Positions 29,694-40,281 are shown, numbered from the stretch's first letter. The stretch is DNA of 64,000 nt from Terriglobia bacterium (GCA_963695545.1 OY968796.1:2016001-2080000); one strand, 5' to 3'. Numbers and translations are program-made. Notes: a model not told the origin generated them from the letters alone.

Positions 29694-30026
29694 ATGATGC
29701 TGATTATTCCGTTGGCGATTTTGGCTGCGGTGGGATTGGTGATATTGCTGCGCCCCTGGCCATTTTTCATCCCACACGAAGAATCGCAGGGCTCGAACGG
29801 GGAAGTGAACAACCGAAACATTGCCATACAATTCGGCAAGTGGGTTGAGCGCCAGGCGCGCGCGCGCGGACTCAGCGTTCGCGGATTTGCGCGAGCCGTG
29901 CCCATCGAATGCCCCAAGTGCCACAAGACTTCCAATTATTTCGTCTACCCCGATGAAGTTTGCGAGCGTTGCTGGCGCGCCACGCTCAAGCCGATCTCCA
30001 CGCCCATCAAAGACGATCGGCACTAG
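29694..30026 (+). CDS. small membrane-anchored zinc-ribbon protein
   Basis: N-terminal hydrophobic helix, CPKC...CERC. Confidence 0.5.
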   Translation: MMLIIPLAILAAVGLVILLRPWPFFIPHEESQGSNGEVNNRNIAIQFGKWVERQARARGLSVRGFARAVPIECPKCHKTSNYFVYPDEVCERCWRATLKPISTPIKDDRH

Positions 30027-30232
30027 ATTCGCGTAACTCCGATTTCGTTTCGGTCCCGCAGCAATTCGCCCCGGCGCCGGTTCGCCTGAACCGGATTCGC
30101 TGCGGAAATGTTAGCTCCATGCCACTCCCGTTTGCGGACGCGACCTTGAAGCTCGTAGTATTTCTCATCGTTCTCCGCTGACGTTTCTCACGAATGACGG
30201 AGACGCGCGTGTCGTCGAAAGGAGTCTTGGCG

Positions 30233-30508
30233 ATGGAAGATCACATTGAATCGAAGCACGGCGATGGTCGCGCCATCGAAAAAAAGGCTGGCGCATTTGG
30301 ATCGGCGGCCATCGGCGCATTCGCGATCGGCGCGTTTGCCGTCGGTGCATTCGCGATCGGGGCGCTGGCCATCGGGCGGCTGGCGATCGGAAGGATGCAA
30401 ATCCGGAAAGCCAGAATCAAGTCTCTCGAGATCGACGAACTTTCTGTGAAGCGGCTGCGCGTCTCGGATCTCGTCGTAAGTGACTCGGTCAGCTTGCCCC
30501 CACGATGA
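30233..30508 (+). CDS. small protein with (I/V)GAFA pentapeptide repeats
   Basis: AAGGAG RBS; 15-bp imperfect tandem repeat at about 30300-30390. Confidence 0.65.
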   Translation: MEDHIESKHGDGRAIEKKAGAFGSAAIGAFAIGAFAVGAFAIGALAIGRLAIGRMQIRKARIKSLEIDELSVKRLRVSDLVVSDSVSLPPR

Positions 30509-31631
30509 GTTCGCCGTGCAGGCGCAGCAGGAATTGATCGGTCATGCCGGCGATGTAGTCGCAGACGACGCGATGCGGGGCGGTAGTTTGCGCCTGGCGC
30601 GCGTAGTAAGGCGGCATGGCTTCCGGGCGATCGATGTAGTAAGCGAAGAGTTGTTTGAGCGCGGCGACGGAGCGATCGCGGTCTTCCACGATGGATGGAT
30701 GCTCGTAGAGGCGAGTGCGCAGAAATTTCTTGAGCGTGGCGTTGCCCGCGGCGATGGCGGGGCTGAAGCCGGCGAGGCGGCGCGGGAAGCGGCGCACTTC
30801 TTCAACGCTGCCTGGATTCGCGGCGCGAACCTGCTGCGCGGTGTGGTCGATCAAATCGGTCGCGAGAAGATTGAGCAGACGCTTCAATGCTTCGTTGAAT
30901 TTCAGCTGCGCGCGGCCGGTCGGATGGCCGCGCTCGACATTCGCGTAGCATTCGGCGAAGAGCGGCACGTCGGCGCAAATCGTTGTGACGTCGATGAGGC
31001 GCGCTTCGCGTCCGTCGTCCAAGTCCGCGGTGTTGTAGGCGATTTCATCGACGGAATCCATGATTTGCGCTTCGAGCGGTGGACGCTCGTCGAGCAGATA
31101 TTCGGCGAGCGCAGGGAATTCGCGCGCGTCGTAGTCATGCGAATGCTTGACGATTCCTTCGCGCACTTCAAACGTGAGATTCAGGCCGGGGAAATCCAAG
31201 TAGCGCTGCTCGAACTGCTCGACGATGCGCAGAGCGTGCAGATTGTGATCGAAGTGGTCGCCAAACTTCTGCATGAGCGCATCGAGCGCGGCTTCGCCGG
31301 CGTGGCCGAACGGAGGATGTCCGAGATCGTGCGCGAGGGCCAGAGCTTCGGCGAGATCGGCGTTGAGCGAGAGCGCGCCGGCGATGGTGCGCGCGATTTG
31401 CGCGACTTCGAGCGTGTGCGTGAGGCGCGTGCGGAAGTGGTCCGAGTAGCGCGTGGTGAAAACTTGCGTTTTGGCTTCGAGGCGGCGAAACGCGCGCGAG
31501 TGAATCACGCGGTCGCGATCGCGCGCGTAGTCGTTGCGATACGGATGCGGCGGCTCGGGATAGCGCCGGCCGCGCGTGGCACGGACGTCCATGGCGTACG
31601 GCGCGTTCGGAGGATTCGACTCGGCCGTCAT
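30489..31631 (-). CDS. dgt: dGTP triphosphohydrolase-like HD protein
   Basis: AFRRLEAKTQV, RTRLTHTLEV, HDLGHPPFGHAGE and DYIAGMTD motifs. Confidence 0.96.
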   Translation of the reverse strand: MTAESNPPNAPYAMDVRATRGRRYPEPPHPYRNDYARDRDRVIHSRAFRRLEAKTQVFTTRYSDHFRTRLTHTLEVAQIARTIAGALSLNADLAEALALAHDLGHPPFGHAGEAALDALMQKFGDHFDHNLHALRIVEQFEQRYLDFPGLNLTFEVREGIVKHSHDYDAREFPALAEYLLDERPPLEAQIMDSVDEIAYNTADLDDGREARLIDVTTICADVPLFAECYANVERGHPTGRAQLKFNEALKRLLNLLATDLIDHTAQQVRAANPGSVEEVRRFPRRLAGFSPAIAAGNATLKKFLRTRLYEHPSIVEDRDRSVAALKQLFAYYIDRPEAMPPYYARQAQTTAPHRVVCDYIAGMTDQFLLRLHGELIVGAS

Positions 31632-31651
31632 CGCGCTGGGTTATAAAAAAG

Positions 31652-32377
31652 CTAAGACTTAGTGTTCAGTAATTCCAACCGCTCGTCGGCCTGATCGGCG
31701 ACGGGCGTGCCGGAATAATCCGTCTTGATCTGGTTGTAAAGCTTGGCGGCTTGCGCGGGATCGCTTTGGGCGTAGTGATCGGCCAGACTCAGCAGGACCA
31801 TCGCCTTGGGCACCAGCACCGAGGGCTTGTCCTCAAGCAGCTGGTACAAGGCGACGGCTTCGGGGCCGCGGCCGTTTTTATCGTAAAACTGCGCGAGCTG
31901 AAAGCGCGCCAGGGCCGCGAAGTCGGGATCGCTGCCGCCGGCGACGGCTTTCAGATTCTTCTCGGCTTGGTCATTGCTGCCGAGCGCTTCAAGACACAGC
32001 GCGTCGTAGTAGCGAGCGACTTCGCCGGGATGGGTGCGCGGGTAGCGGGCGGCGACGTCGGCGAACTTGCGTTCCGCGTCGGTGTCGCGGGTTTTTTCGT
32101 CGCCGTAGGTGAGTTCGCCGGGCGTGGCGGGCTCGCTCGGTGTGGCGATGGGCGCTTCGTAAGTCTTGAGAGCGTCGCCGAGGCTGGCTTCGGCTTTCAC
32201 GGTCTGCCGCTGCGTATAGAATCGCCAGCCGAAGATGCCCAGCGCGATGAGCAGCACGATGCTGCCGACGGTCCAGGCGGTTTTCTGGTGAGTGGCCACG
32301 GCTTCGGCGCCGTGGACGATGCCGTCGCGGAATTCGTCTCGCTTCAATTCTTTGCGCGAAATGTAGTGCTGTGGCAC
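31652..32377 (-). CDS. YfgM-like membrane-anchored TPR protein
   Basis: SRKELKRDEF N-terminus, one TM, helical TPR-like repeats. Confidence 0.8.
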   Translation of the reverse strand: MPQHYISRKELKRDEFRDGIVHGAEAVATHQKTAWTVGSIVLLIALGIFGWRFYTQRQTVKAEASLGDALKTYEAPIATPSEPATPGELTYGDEKTRDTDAERKFADVAARYPRTHPGEVARYYDALCLEALGSNDQAEKNLKAVAGGSDPDFAALARFQLAQFYDKNGRGPEAVALYQLLEDKPSVLVPKAMVLLSLADHYAQSDPAQAAKLYNQIKTDYSGTPVADQADERLELLNTKS

Positions 32378-32499
32378 GAACCGCTCCTCAATTGTTAAGT
32401 CCGGCCGTCATCGTATCATACCGGGCAGGCGAGTGCCGGAACGCGACGATTCCATGCGGATTGGCTGTTTTCTAGTGATCGGATACTGATGGCCGAGAC

Positions 32500-33010
32500 A
32501 GGGTATATATACCCCCGTACCAAAAACGTAAAATGATGATTGCAAAAGGTTTGCAGGGAAAGAGTGCGGATGAGTGTGAAAATAAATGTTTTGATATTGC
32601 GTTGTTTCAATGAGATGCGCACTCTTTTGTAATTGATTGAAAACAAATGGTTTGGAAGGGCGATTCGATGCAGGGAATTGCAGTTTTTGCGGAGGGATCC
32701 TTCGAGTCGCCCGACGCGCGGCTCGCCTGCCACGGCGGGCAGGCTCAGGACTCGAATGGTTGGAAGCAATGCGCTCCGCGCAGACCGGCGCCGGATGCTC
32801 AAGTCGTGGAGATTGCGACAAAGCGCCCTTCGCGGCGCGTTCTGCGGAGGCGATCGGAGCAGACGGGAACAGGTAGCGCGGGCGAGCGGCGTGCGTTGCC
32901 CGCAGTTTTGGCGGCGCAGGTGTGCGTTTCGAGGTCACACCCAAGGTTAGCACGAACAATACTATGCTGTCAACATATATCTATGGGGTATTCGAATAGG
33001 GCATTCGAAT
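32500..33010 (-). repeat. dispersed intergenic element, copy B (homologous to 11090-11492)
   Basis: Same blocks in the same order as copy A, with a longer variable middle. Confidence 0.85.
32763..32788 (+). repeat. 26-bp palindromic mini-element GAAGCAATGCGCTCCGCGCAGACCGG
   Basis: Identical to 52456-52481 and to the units at 61644-61751. Confidence 0.95.
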
Positions 33011-33091
33011 GGAACGGATGGAATGGACCCACGCTTCGCTCGAGTATGATCCGACGGGAGTCGAACGCAGGTCAGGGCCCGCTCTGAGCAA

Positions 33092-33475
33092 TCACCAATC
33101 GAGGCGACGGAGTCCGGAGACGAGATCGAAGTGCTTGTCTCGGCTGAGGAGAGGCAGCGAATGCTGGCGGCAGGCCGCAGCGATCCACAGATCATTGGAG
33201 GGAATCGGCTTGCCTTTCTTTTTCAGGTCCAGGGCGATGGCCGCGTAGGAGTGCGTGGTTTCTTCGTCGATCTCGAGCACGTCCACTGCGGAGATCCATT
33301 CGCGGAGCCAATCCTGGTAAAGCGCGCGGTGGCGGGACTGGGCGATTCCGAGGCGGTATTCGCCCAAGACAATCACGGGAACGGCCAGGCGGCCGGCGCG
33401 CTCGGCGACGTCCATTGCGGACGCTTGGCCGTCGGCAATCGCGGACAGCGCGTTGGTGTCCAAAATCAACGCCAC
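33092..33475 (-). CDS. vapC: VapC-family PIN toxin
   Basis: LILDTN, IPSNDLWIAA and LSRDKHF motifs. Confidence 0.93.
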   Translation of the reverse strand: MALILDTNALSAIADGQASAMDVAERAGRLAVPVIVLGEYRLGIAQSRHRALYQDWLREWISAVDVLEIDEETTHSYAAIALDLKKKGKPIPSNDLWIAAACRQHSLPLLSRDKHFDLVSGLRRLDW

Positions 33476-33711
33476 ATCTCCGGATCGATTTTCTCGGAAT
33501 CCTGATCGATCAGGCGGTTGATGCGGACAGTCTCCTTATGCAAACGTTTCAGTTTGCCCATAAGCTTCACCCAGGGTTTTCCGCCGGTGTTGGGCGCCAG
33601 TTTATCCTTCACCGCTTCGGTTACAAATTCACGGAGTGGAATCCCCCGTGAGGCCGCCGCCGATTTTGCGCGTCGAAAGACAGGATCGGGAATTTCCAAT
33701 GTGGTCTTCAT
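33466..33711 (-). CDS. vapB: VapB-like ribbon-helix-helix antitoxin
   Basis: MKTTLEIPDPVFRRAKSAAA; overlaps the vapC start. Confidence 0.85.
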   Translation of the reverse strand: MKTTLEIPDPVFRRAKSAAASRGIPLREFVTEAVKDKLAPNTGGKPWVKLMGKLKRLHKETVRINRLIDQDSEKIDPEMWR

Positions 33712-33719
33712 GAGGCTAT

Positions 33720-33746
33720 CCTCCCATATTTATGGGAGGGCGTCAA
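33720..33746 (-). promoter_or_regulatory. palindromic operator in the vapBC promoter
   Basis: CCTCCCATA-tt-TATGGGAGG just downstream of a TTGACG -35 box. Confidence 0.7.
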
Positions 33747-34039
33747 CCGGCACGCAGCCTTGGACACGGAAAAGGGGCGCGAAAAAAGGCGACGGAGAGG
33801 TCCCGCCTCCTCGGTCCCGCTTTCGCCACGTCGGTGGCGGGCAGGCGGGATGACGACGTGCGAGGGCAGAGTCGAGACGGGTAAGGCGTCGTGTCACACG
33901 AACGCGCGCGACGAATGCCTCGTGCCTGGACGACGGCGGGAAGCCTTCGTCTCTCACGCTCATGTGCCTCGAGCGTCTTGGGACACGACGGAGTGGCGGC
34001 GGGGCGTTAGCGGCGATTGCGGTGAGAAACGGCGAGGAT

Positions 34040-34063
34040 GGAAGCCTGAAGGCCTCCGCTACA
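34040..34063. repeat. GTAG-family REP element
   Basis: GGAAGCCTGAAGGCCTCCGCTACA, near-identical to 14254-14278. Confidence 0.75.
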
Positions 34064-34178
34064 GGCGCTCGGAGTGCGTTGCGGCGACAGAGAGGACACT
34101 CCCTCCTACGGCGGGCGGTCGGGACGACAGCGCGGGGAATTGGCGAGTGGCTGGCCCTGATTGCGGGCGCGTGTGCAG

Positions 34179-34216
34179 AAAAAAAACCTTCCGGGCGGGA
34201 TGCCGCCCGGAAGGTT
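34179..34216 (-). terminator. intrinsic terminator of the TonB-dependent receptor gene
   Basis: AACCTTCCGGGCGG-gatg-CCGCCCGGAAGGTT hairpin with an A8 run (U-tract on minus). Confidence 0.85.
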
Positions 34217-34230
34217 GGTTTGGCGTTCGG

Positions 34231-37200
34231 TTAAAAGTTGAAGCGGAAGGTCATCTGTCCGATTCGTGGATCGTTGGCTTGGCCGGCTGAGATAGGGATG
34301 TTGCCAAACTGAACGTTGCCCGGCGTGGTGCTGCCGTAGGCAAAGTGGGGAGTATTGAAAACGTTGAAGAACTCCATACGAAACTCGAAGTTGTAGCGCT
34401 CTCGGATTTCGAACTTCTTGAAGACCGAGAAATCGAAGAGCGGAGTCTCCGGTTCGCGGATGTCCATGTAGGGGAGAATGGTGTTCGGAGTAAACGGAGA
34501 CTGTGCCTGGAATGCAGGTGTTCCCGTGCCGCCGCAAGCTGTGGCCAGCGTGCCGTTGGGGGCGGTTGACGATGGGGCGGTCAGGTAGCAAGGATTCCAG
34601 TAGCTACTCAGCGTTGGATTGGCGACGGCCGGATTGGCCAGCGGATTCCAACCGAGGCCGTTGTCACTGTTCTGACCAGGAGTAACCACGCCAGTGGAAC
34701 TGCCCGGATTCGGGATCAGCAGTCCGTTCTGCCAGCGCATCACGCCGTTGACCTGCCAGCCGCCAAGGGCAGCGCGTTCCCATCCGTTAAAACTACCGGG
34801 CACGGGAACCGCGTAGGTGACCACCAAATTGAAAATGTGATTCGGCTGTTGGTCCTGGTAGCGCGTGAGTTGGTCAAAAGTGTTATAGGGGTTTATGTAC
34901 CAGTTCTTGTCCATGATTTTGGCAAACGTGAAGTTGGCATTCACGCTGAGGCCATGGGACAAGCGCTGGATAACCGTTGTCTGGAGGGAGTTGTAGGAGC
35001 TCTGGCCGACGGGAACGTCATTCTCCTGGACAGTTCCGAATTCAGGATAAGGAAGAAGCAGTTCCCAGTAAGGAATCGTGGCTCCGTTTATACTGCCGCC
35101 GGGCACGAGCCCTGCCATGGGATTTGTCACCGAAGCCGTCAGCTTGGCGGTGTTCGCGGCGCTGGTCGCGTTGTACGTGGCGCTGGTGGGATTGTAAAAT
35201 TGCGCGGGGAGCGCGTTGATATCCTTCGAAACCTGGAGGCGGCGAGCGGCGTTCGCCACATATCCGATTTCGAACACGGTATTCGGCGCAATCTGGTACT
35301 GAAGGCTCAAGGAGCCGGCGTATCCGTAAGGAACGGTGCGCAGCGGGTCCTCGAAAGTTACGTTTTGGCCCAGAAAAGTCTCAAGGCCGGCCGAACTGCC
35401 CGTAGGAGCGATAAACCCGTTTGGATACGGATTGGTGAATGAACCCGCGCCATTGGGTGCACCCGCGGGCGTCTCGCCGCCGTTGGTCGAAGCATTAAAC
35501 GAGGTGCTCGAACTGAAACCCGAAAGTAGCGCATTGTCGTCGATGGTCGGGATATACATGATGCCGACGCCACCGCGGAGAACCATTTTCGGAGTTACCT
35601 GAAGGGCCAGGCCAAAGCGTGGCTGCCAATCTCCAAAATCTTTCTTGAAGGGATAGCGGTTCGTGGCGCTGGCGAAGGTCAGGCCGCCTTCAACGGGCAG
35701 GCCATTCGGAAATTGGGTGGTCGAGACGAAGCTTGCCCCGATTGGATTCGAGCAATCGAGGCAAAAACCGTCGTTGATACTGTTTCCACGCGCCGTGAGG
35801 GGTTGTTCATAATCCCAGCGCAAGCCAAGATTCAGCGTAAGCTTGTGCGTGACGCGCCAGTCATCCTGCAGGAAAACACCATAGTAGAGCTGCTGGTAGG
35901 ACGGGAAAGCGGCGTTACTAGCGGCCGAGGCAGAGGACGGATAGCCCAGCAGAAACGATGCAATGGGATTGCCCTCGATCAGACCGTCGGAAGGATTCGG
36001 GGTGGAACCTGCTGCACCGGTGTAATTCTGCTCCGTGAACCCTTCGTTGAAGCTGAAGGTTCCGAGGTTCGACTCCGAGCTAATTACGCCGTAATTTAGG
36101 CTATCGAACTCGAAGCCGATCTTTAGCGTTTGCGTCGCCAGGCTTTTCGACAGAATCGCCGCTTCGGAGGACTCGACCGCGTCACTTTGCTGGCCACCTC
36201 CGCCGTTCTCCAAACCGACATAGTTGGAGTCAAAGCTGAGCCCCGGAAATGACGAGGCGGGCGCGGATGAGCCGACCATCGGCCCGGAAAAGCCCAAACT
36301 CGATAGGGGATAGGTGACGCCGGGATATTGAAGTGAGAACGGATGCTTGAGGAAACTCGCCCTGGTATCGAGAACAAGTGTGGGCGAAATCACGCTGACC
36401 CAATCGAGTTGAGCGCCCAAGTCGTTGCGGGTGTCGTAGTAACCGAAGCCGGGGCTGCCACCCGTGGGCGCGATTAGACCAGGAAACGGATTGGGAAGTT
36501 GCTGATCGCGATAGCTGCGGAAGAAAAGGACATTGAACTTTTCCTTGTCGTTGAGTATTTGGTCCACACGAGCAAGGAACGAGTAGTACTGGTCGTTGGT
36601 CGAGAGGGTTGGAGAGGTGAAGTTATTGGTCCCGCCGGTGGTGGTGGACGGGAAATACATCTGCAGAATCTTCTGCGCCACGGGGTTAATCATGCTGGTG
36701 GGGATAATATTTTCGTTGGTCGTGGTGCACACCGTTTGGCCGTCACAAATTTGGGTGCGATTCAATCCATTTGCACTCGACGTCGGATCGTAAATATCGT
36801 CCACGCCCTGGAAATTGCCGGCGATTTCGGCCTGCGTGGGTATGGTGTTCGTGGCTGGGTCAATCTGGTTGTTTGAGACCCGCTCGTAAGCGACGGTGAA
36901 GAAGGTCTTGTCATGTCCGTTGTAAAGTTTGGGTATCCAGACGGGGCCGTCAATGACGAAACCGGGCTGGTTCCAGTGGTTCACGCCGCGAGCAATCACG
37001 GCCCGGGAGGTCACACCTCCTGAGGTCACGGTGTGATCGTTGTTTTGGAATGAGTTCGCGTCAAAATCGGTATTCTGGAAAATGTAGTAGGCCGCGCCGT
37101 GGAATGTGTTCGTGCCGGTTTTGATGACCGTGTTGATTACGGCGCCGTCGGTGTGTCCGTACTGCGCGTCGTAGAGGGCGGTCTGCGTGGTCACTTCTTC

Positions 37201-37914
37201 GACCGCTTCCGGCGAAGGAACGAAATCGGTGTAGATGACGGCGGAATTGCGCTCCGGCGCATCGTCCGGGATTCCATCCAATTCGAGTCGATGTAGGTCA
37301 GAGATTCCGTTGATGACCATCTGCGAGGCAACACCACTGAAGGGCTGAGTGAACTGGCTGGCCGCGCGGTCCATGTAGGCGTTGGAATACGTGCCCGCTG
37401 ACAGATCGCCGTCGATAAACGGATTGCGACCAATGTTCGGCAGATCGGCAACTTGAGCTGCGTCGAGCGTCTGGCCGATGGCTGCCGTGCCGGGGGTCAG
37501 CAGCTGTCCTGTGGCTTGCACGGTGACCGTCTGCGACGCTGCCCCGACTACGAGTTGGAAGTCCACCCGCGCTTTGCCGCTGGCTTGGAGAACGATTCCA
37601 GTTTTCACCGCGGGTTTAAATCCCTGGTCGTCGACCTCGATTTTGTAGTTGCCAGGCACCAGGAATGGTATCGAATAGGTGCCGTCCTGATTGGTCGTGC
37701 CTGGGGTCACGACGTTGGTGTCGGTGCTCGTGACTTTGACATTCGCGCCGCTCACAAGCGCGCCGGCGGGATCGGTGACCGTGCCGGAAAGCGTGGCGAG
37801 GTATTCCTGAGCGGACAGACTCGGCGCATGAATCAGCAGAAGCGACGCACAAAGCGAAAACAGAACTGCCAAACCGCACGCGCGCGTGCGCGGACCTTTC
37901 AACATCGCAGTCAT
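34231..37914 (-). CDS. TonB-dependent receptor (Oar-like) with N-terminal carboxypeptidase-regulatory-like domain
   Basis: LSGTVTDPAGA, KTGTNTFHG, QDDWRVTHKLTLNLGLRWDY, C-terminal RIGQMTFRFNF. Confidence 0.93.
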   Translation of the reverse strand: MTAMLKGPRTRACGLAVLFSLCASLLLIHAPSLSAQEYLATLSGTVTDPAGALVSGANVKVTSTDTNVVTPGTTNQDGTYSIPFLVPGNYKIEVDDQGFKPAVKTGIVLQASGKARVDFQLVVGAASQTVTVQATGQLLTPGTAAIGQTLDAAQVADLPNIGRNPFIDGDLSAGTYSNAYMDRAASQFTQPFSGVASQMVINGISDLHRLELDGIPDDAPERNSAVIYTDFVPSPEAVEEVTTQTALYDAQYGHTDGAVINTVIKTGTNTFHGAAYYIFQNTDFDANSFQNNDHTVTSGGVTSRAVIARGVNHWNQPGFVIDGPVWIPKLYNGHDKTFFTVAYERVSNNQIDPATNTIPTQAEIAGNFQGVDDIYDPTSSANGLNRTQICDGQTVCTTTNENIIPTSMINPVAQKILQMYFPSTTTGGTNNFTSPTLSTNDQYYSFLARVDQILNDKEKFNVLFFRSYRDQQLPNPFPGLIAPTGGSPGFGYYDTRNDLGAQLDWVSVISPTLVLDTRASFLKHPFSLQYPGVTYPLSSLGFSGPMVGSSAPASSFPGLSFDSNYVGLENGGGGQQSDAVESSEAAILSKSLATQTLKIGFEFDSLNYGVISSESNLGTFSFNEGFTEQNYTGAAGSTPNPSDGLIEGNPIASFLLGYPSSASAASNAAFPSYQQLYYGVFLQDDWRVTHKLTLNLGLRWDYEQPLTARGNSINDGFCLDCSNPIGASFVSTTQFPNGLPVEGGLTFASATNRYPFKKDFGDWQPRFGLALQVTPKMVLRGGVGIMYIPTIDDNALLSGFSSSTSFNASTNGGETPAGAPNGAGSFTNPYPNGFIAPTGSSAGLETFLGQNVTFEDPLRTVPYGYAGSLSLQYQIAPNTVFEIGYVANAARRLQVSKDINALPAQFYNPTSATYNATSAANTAKLTASVTNPMAGLVPGGSINGATIPYWELLLPYPEFGTVQENDVPVGQSSYNSLQTTVIQRLSHGLSVNANFTFAKIMDKNWYINPYNTFDQLTRYQDQQPNHIFNLVVTYAVPVPGSFNGWERAALGGWQVNGVMRWQNGLLIPNPGSSTGVVTPGQNSDNGLGWNPLANPAVANPTLSSYWNPCYLTAPSSTAPNGTLATACGGTGTPAFQAQSPFTPNTILPYMDIREPETPLFDFSVFKKFEIRERYNFEFRMEFFNVFNTPHFAYGSTTPGNVQFGNIPISAGQANDPRIGQMTFRFNF

Positions 37915-38286
37915 CGTGGACTCCTCCTAAGTAACTTCCGAACGCGATTGGGCAGACAGACCCCGTGCCACCCGATGGGGCGGCTGGTTAACACGGCGGC
38001 GAGTGGCGGCGGAAGTAGGTTAACGGTTAATTTACGGTTAAGAGCCCGGAGGCGCGGGCATGCGCAACACTAAGAACTCGTTAGAGATGAGGCAGTTAGG
38101 TTTATCCGTGACATTCGTCGCGGCGCGCCGAGGCGTATGCAACATCGAGCCCCAGCGGCGGATCACCCGAGTGAATATCGACGCGCGGAACCATTCCTGG
38201 AACCAATCCCGCCTCAGAATTGATGTATACTGCCGTTCAACAGCAGCGGTTGGGGCGACCTCTGCAGGCATCTTGGGGTGTGGTCC

Positions 38287-39895
38287 GTGGAATCCACAGT
38301 TACCAAATTTGAGGCCGAGCGCGCCGAACTCGATTCGCTCCTTGGTTCCGAGACATTCGGACGCATAAACAATCTGGCCAAAATTCTGAGCTTTGTCTGC
38401 GAGAAATACTTTCAGGGATCCACCGGCGAAGTCAAAGAGTACGACATCGCGGTTCATGCTTTGGGGCGCCCCAAAGATTTCGATCCTCAAATCGACGCGA
38501 TCGTGCGAGTGACGGCGCACGCTCTTCGCAAACGGTTGGAACAGTACTACCGCACGGAAGGTGCGGAGCACGCGGTACAGATCTACCTGCCCTCGGGCCA
38601 CTACATTCCCAAGTTTGTGCGCAGGCCAGAGCTGAAGACAGAAAAACTTCAGCTGGATTTAAAAGAGGATGTCGAGGCTCCGCCAGCTACTGAAGATTCC
38701 CTTGCGGCCGCGGGATTTTTGCAAAATGCGTCGGGTCGTGAACCGGCCGTTCTTGACCGCGAGGAAAGTAAACGTGAACTTGAGCCGGCCGTTTCTGCGC
38801 CGCGCGCCGTAGTTGGACGCCCGATCGAAACGTGGGCCATGATCGCCGTGGCGCTGGTATGTCTATGCGGGCTCGCCGCAGTCACGGTATACGTGCGCAT
38901 GCGCGCGCGCTCCAGAGAGGCCCAAGCGCAGTCGGATTCGCTGGTTTCGTTACCGGCTGCCAGCGCCCCCGCGGGCACCGTCCGCACTTTGATTGGAGAC
39001 GGCCGGGAGCCTTATGTGGATCGTGCCGGACAAACGTGGGGCAGCGATTCTTTTTGCACCGGCGGAAGCACCTTCAGTGCCCCAGCTCGACCGGTACTTG
39101 GGACATTCGATACTCAATTATTTCTCGGGGGACGCAGCGGGCTGTTCCACTGCGCCTTTCCGGTGCCCTCGGGGACCTACGAAGTGCATCTTCTGTTCGC
39201 CGAAACGACCAGCGTCGAAGAAACCGGCCGCACGGTCGATTACTCTCTGAACGGCGGGCCTACGAAGGGATTGGATGTGGTGGACGACGCCGGTGGCAAC
39301 GACACGGCAACCGAAAAAGTATTCACCAACGTTCAGCCGCAACAAGATGGCAAGATCCACCTCGATTTTACGTCCAATCAATCCTATCTGAATGCCATTG
39401 AAATTCTGCCCAGCGTTCCGGATCGAATGCTGCCGGTTAGAATTTATGCGGGAGAAACTCCTTACCGCGATTCCGAGGGCAATGTTTGGCTCCCCAACCG
39501 GGATTATTTCGGCGGGCGGGAGAGCCATTACGAGGTTGTGGATGCGGCCAGTCTTCCGGATGGCGGTCTATACGCGTCACAGTGGATCGGCCATTTCCGC
39601 TACGTGATCCCGGTTGCGGCGGGGGAGAAATACACGGTGAAGCTTTATTTTTCGGGAATCTTATTTCGGCGGCCAGGACGGCGGAGGCGGCGTGGTGGGC
39701 AGCCGGGTTTTCGACGTGTGGTGCAACGGTAGCGTGGTGTTGAAAAATTTCGATATCCTGAAAGAGGCGGGCTCCGCGCCGCTGACAAAGACCTTCGCCC
39801 ACGTCGAACCCACGGGTCAGGACAAGATCGAGATCTACTTCGTGCCTGTGGTCAATTATCCCTCGCTGAATGCCATCGAAGTGACTGCGGAATAG
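38287..39895 (+). pseudogene. membrane-spanning regulator with N-terminal wHTH-like domain and two malectin domains; frameshifted near 39650
   Basis: KEYDIAVHALGR..FDP..DAIVRV...LRKRL..YY domain, TM helix, GTYEVHLLFAE; the C-terminus RVFDVWCNG...LNAIEV lies in another frame. Confidence 0.75.
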
Positions 39896-40074
39896 ATTGG
39901 CGCGCGCCGCCGGGCGACTGGGAATTCGGTTCGTAGCGCGCGTCTGGTCCAACTCTAACGGCTCGCCCGATTCATCCGATGGCGGGAGTAAATGCGCGGG
40001 AGAGGACGCTTAGCGCGCACCCGGGCCTGCGGGTGAAAATTGCCGCACAGGCCCGGAAAACCTCGATCGGCGGG

Positions 40075-40281
40075 TTAGACTGCGGTGACGTTCTCGGCCT
40101 GGAAACCCTTGGGCCCCTGGCGGACTTCAAATTCGACCAGTTGTCCTTCGTTCAGGGTCTTGTAGCCGTCCATCTGGATCGCGGAGAAGTGCACGAAGAC
40201 ATCTTCGCCCGACTGGCGCTGAATGAATCCGTACCCTTTGGAAGCGTTAAACCACTTCACCACACCTTGTTCTCTGGCCAA
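40075..40281 (-). CDS. cold-shock protein
   Basis: [13 protein letters not shown] and DVFVHFSAI motifs; TTG start. Confidence 0.97.
   Translation of the reverse strand: MAREQGVVKWFNASKGYGFIQRQSGEDVFVHFSAIQMDGYKTLNEGQLVEFEVRQGPKGFQAENVTAV

Noticed and set aside
30480..31646. 388-aa plus-strand ORF and similar long antisense ORFs (e.g. 1912-3159, 4517-6025, 47057-49150)
   Set aside because: They mirror well-supported genes on the other strand, as expected from GC-rich codon bias, and have no recognisable motifs.
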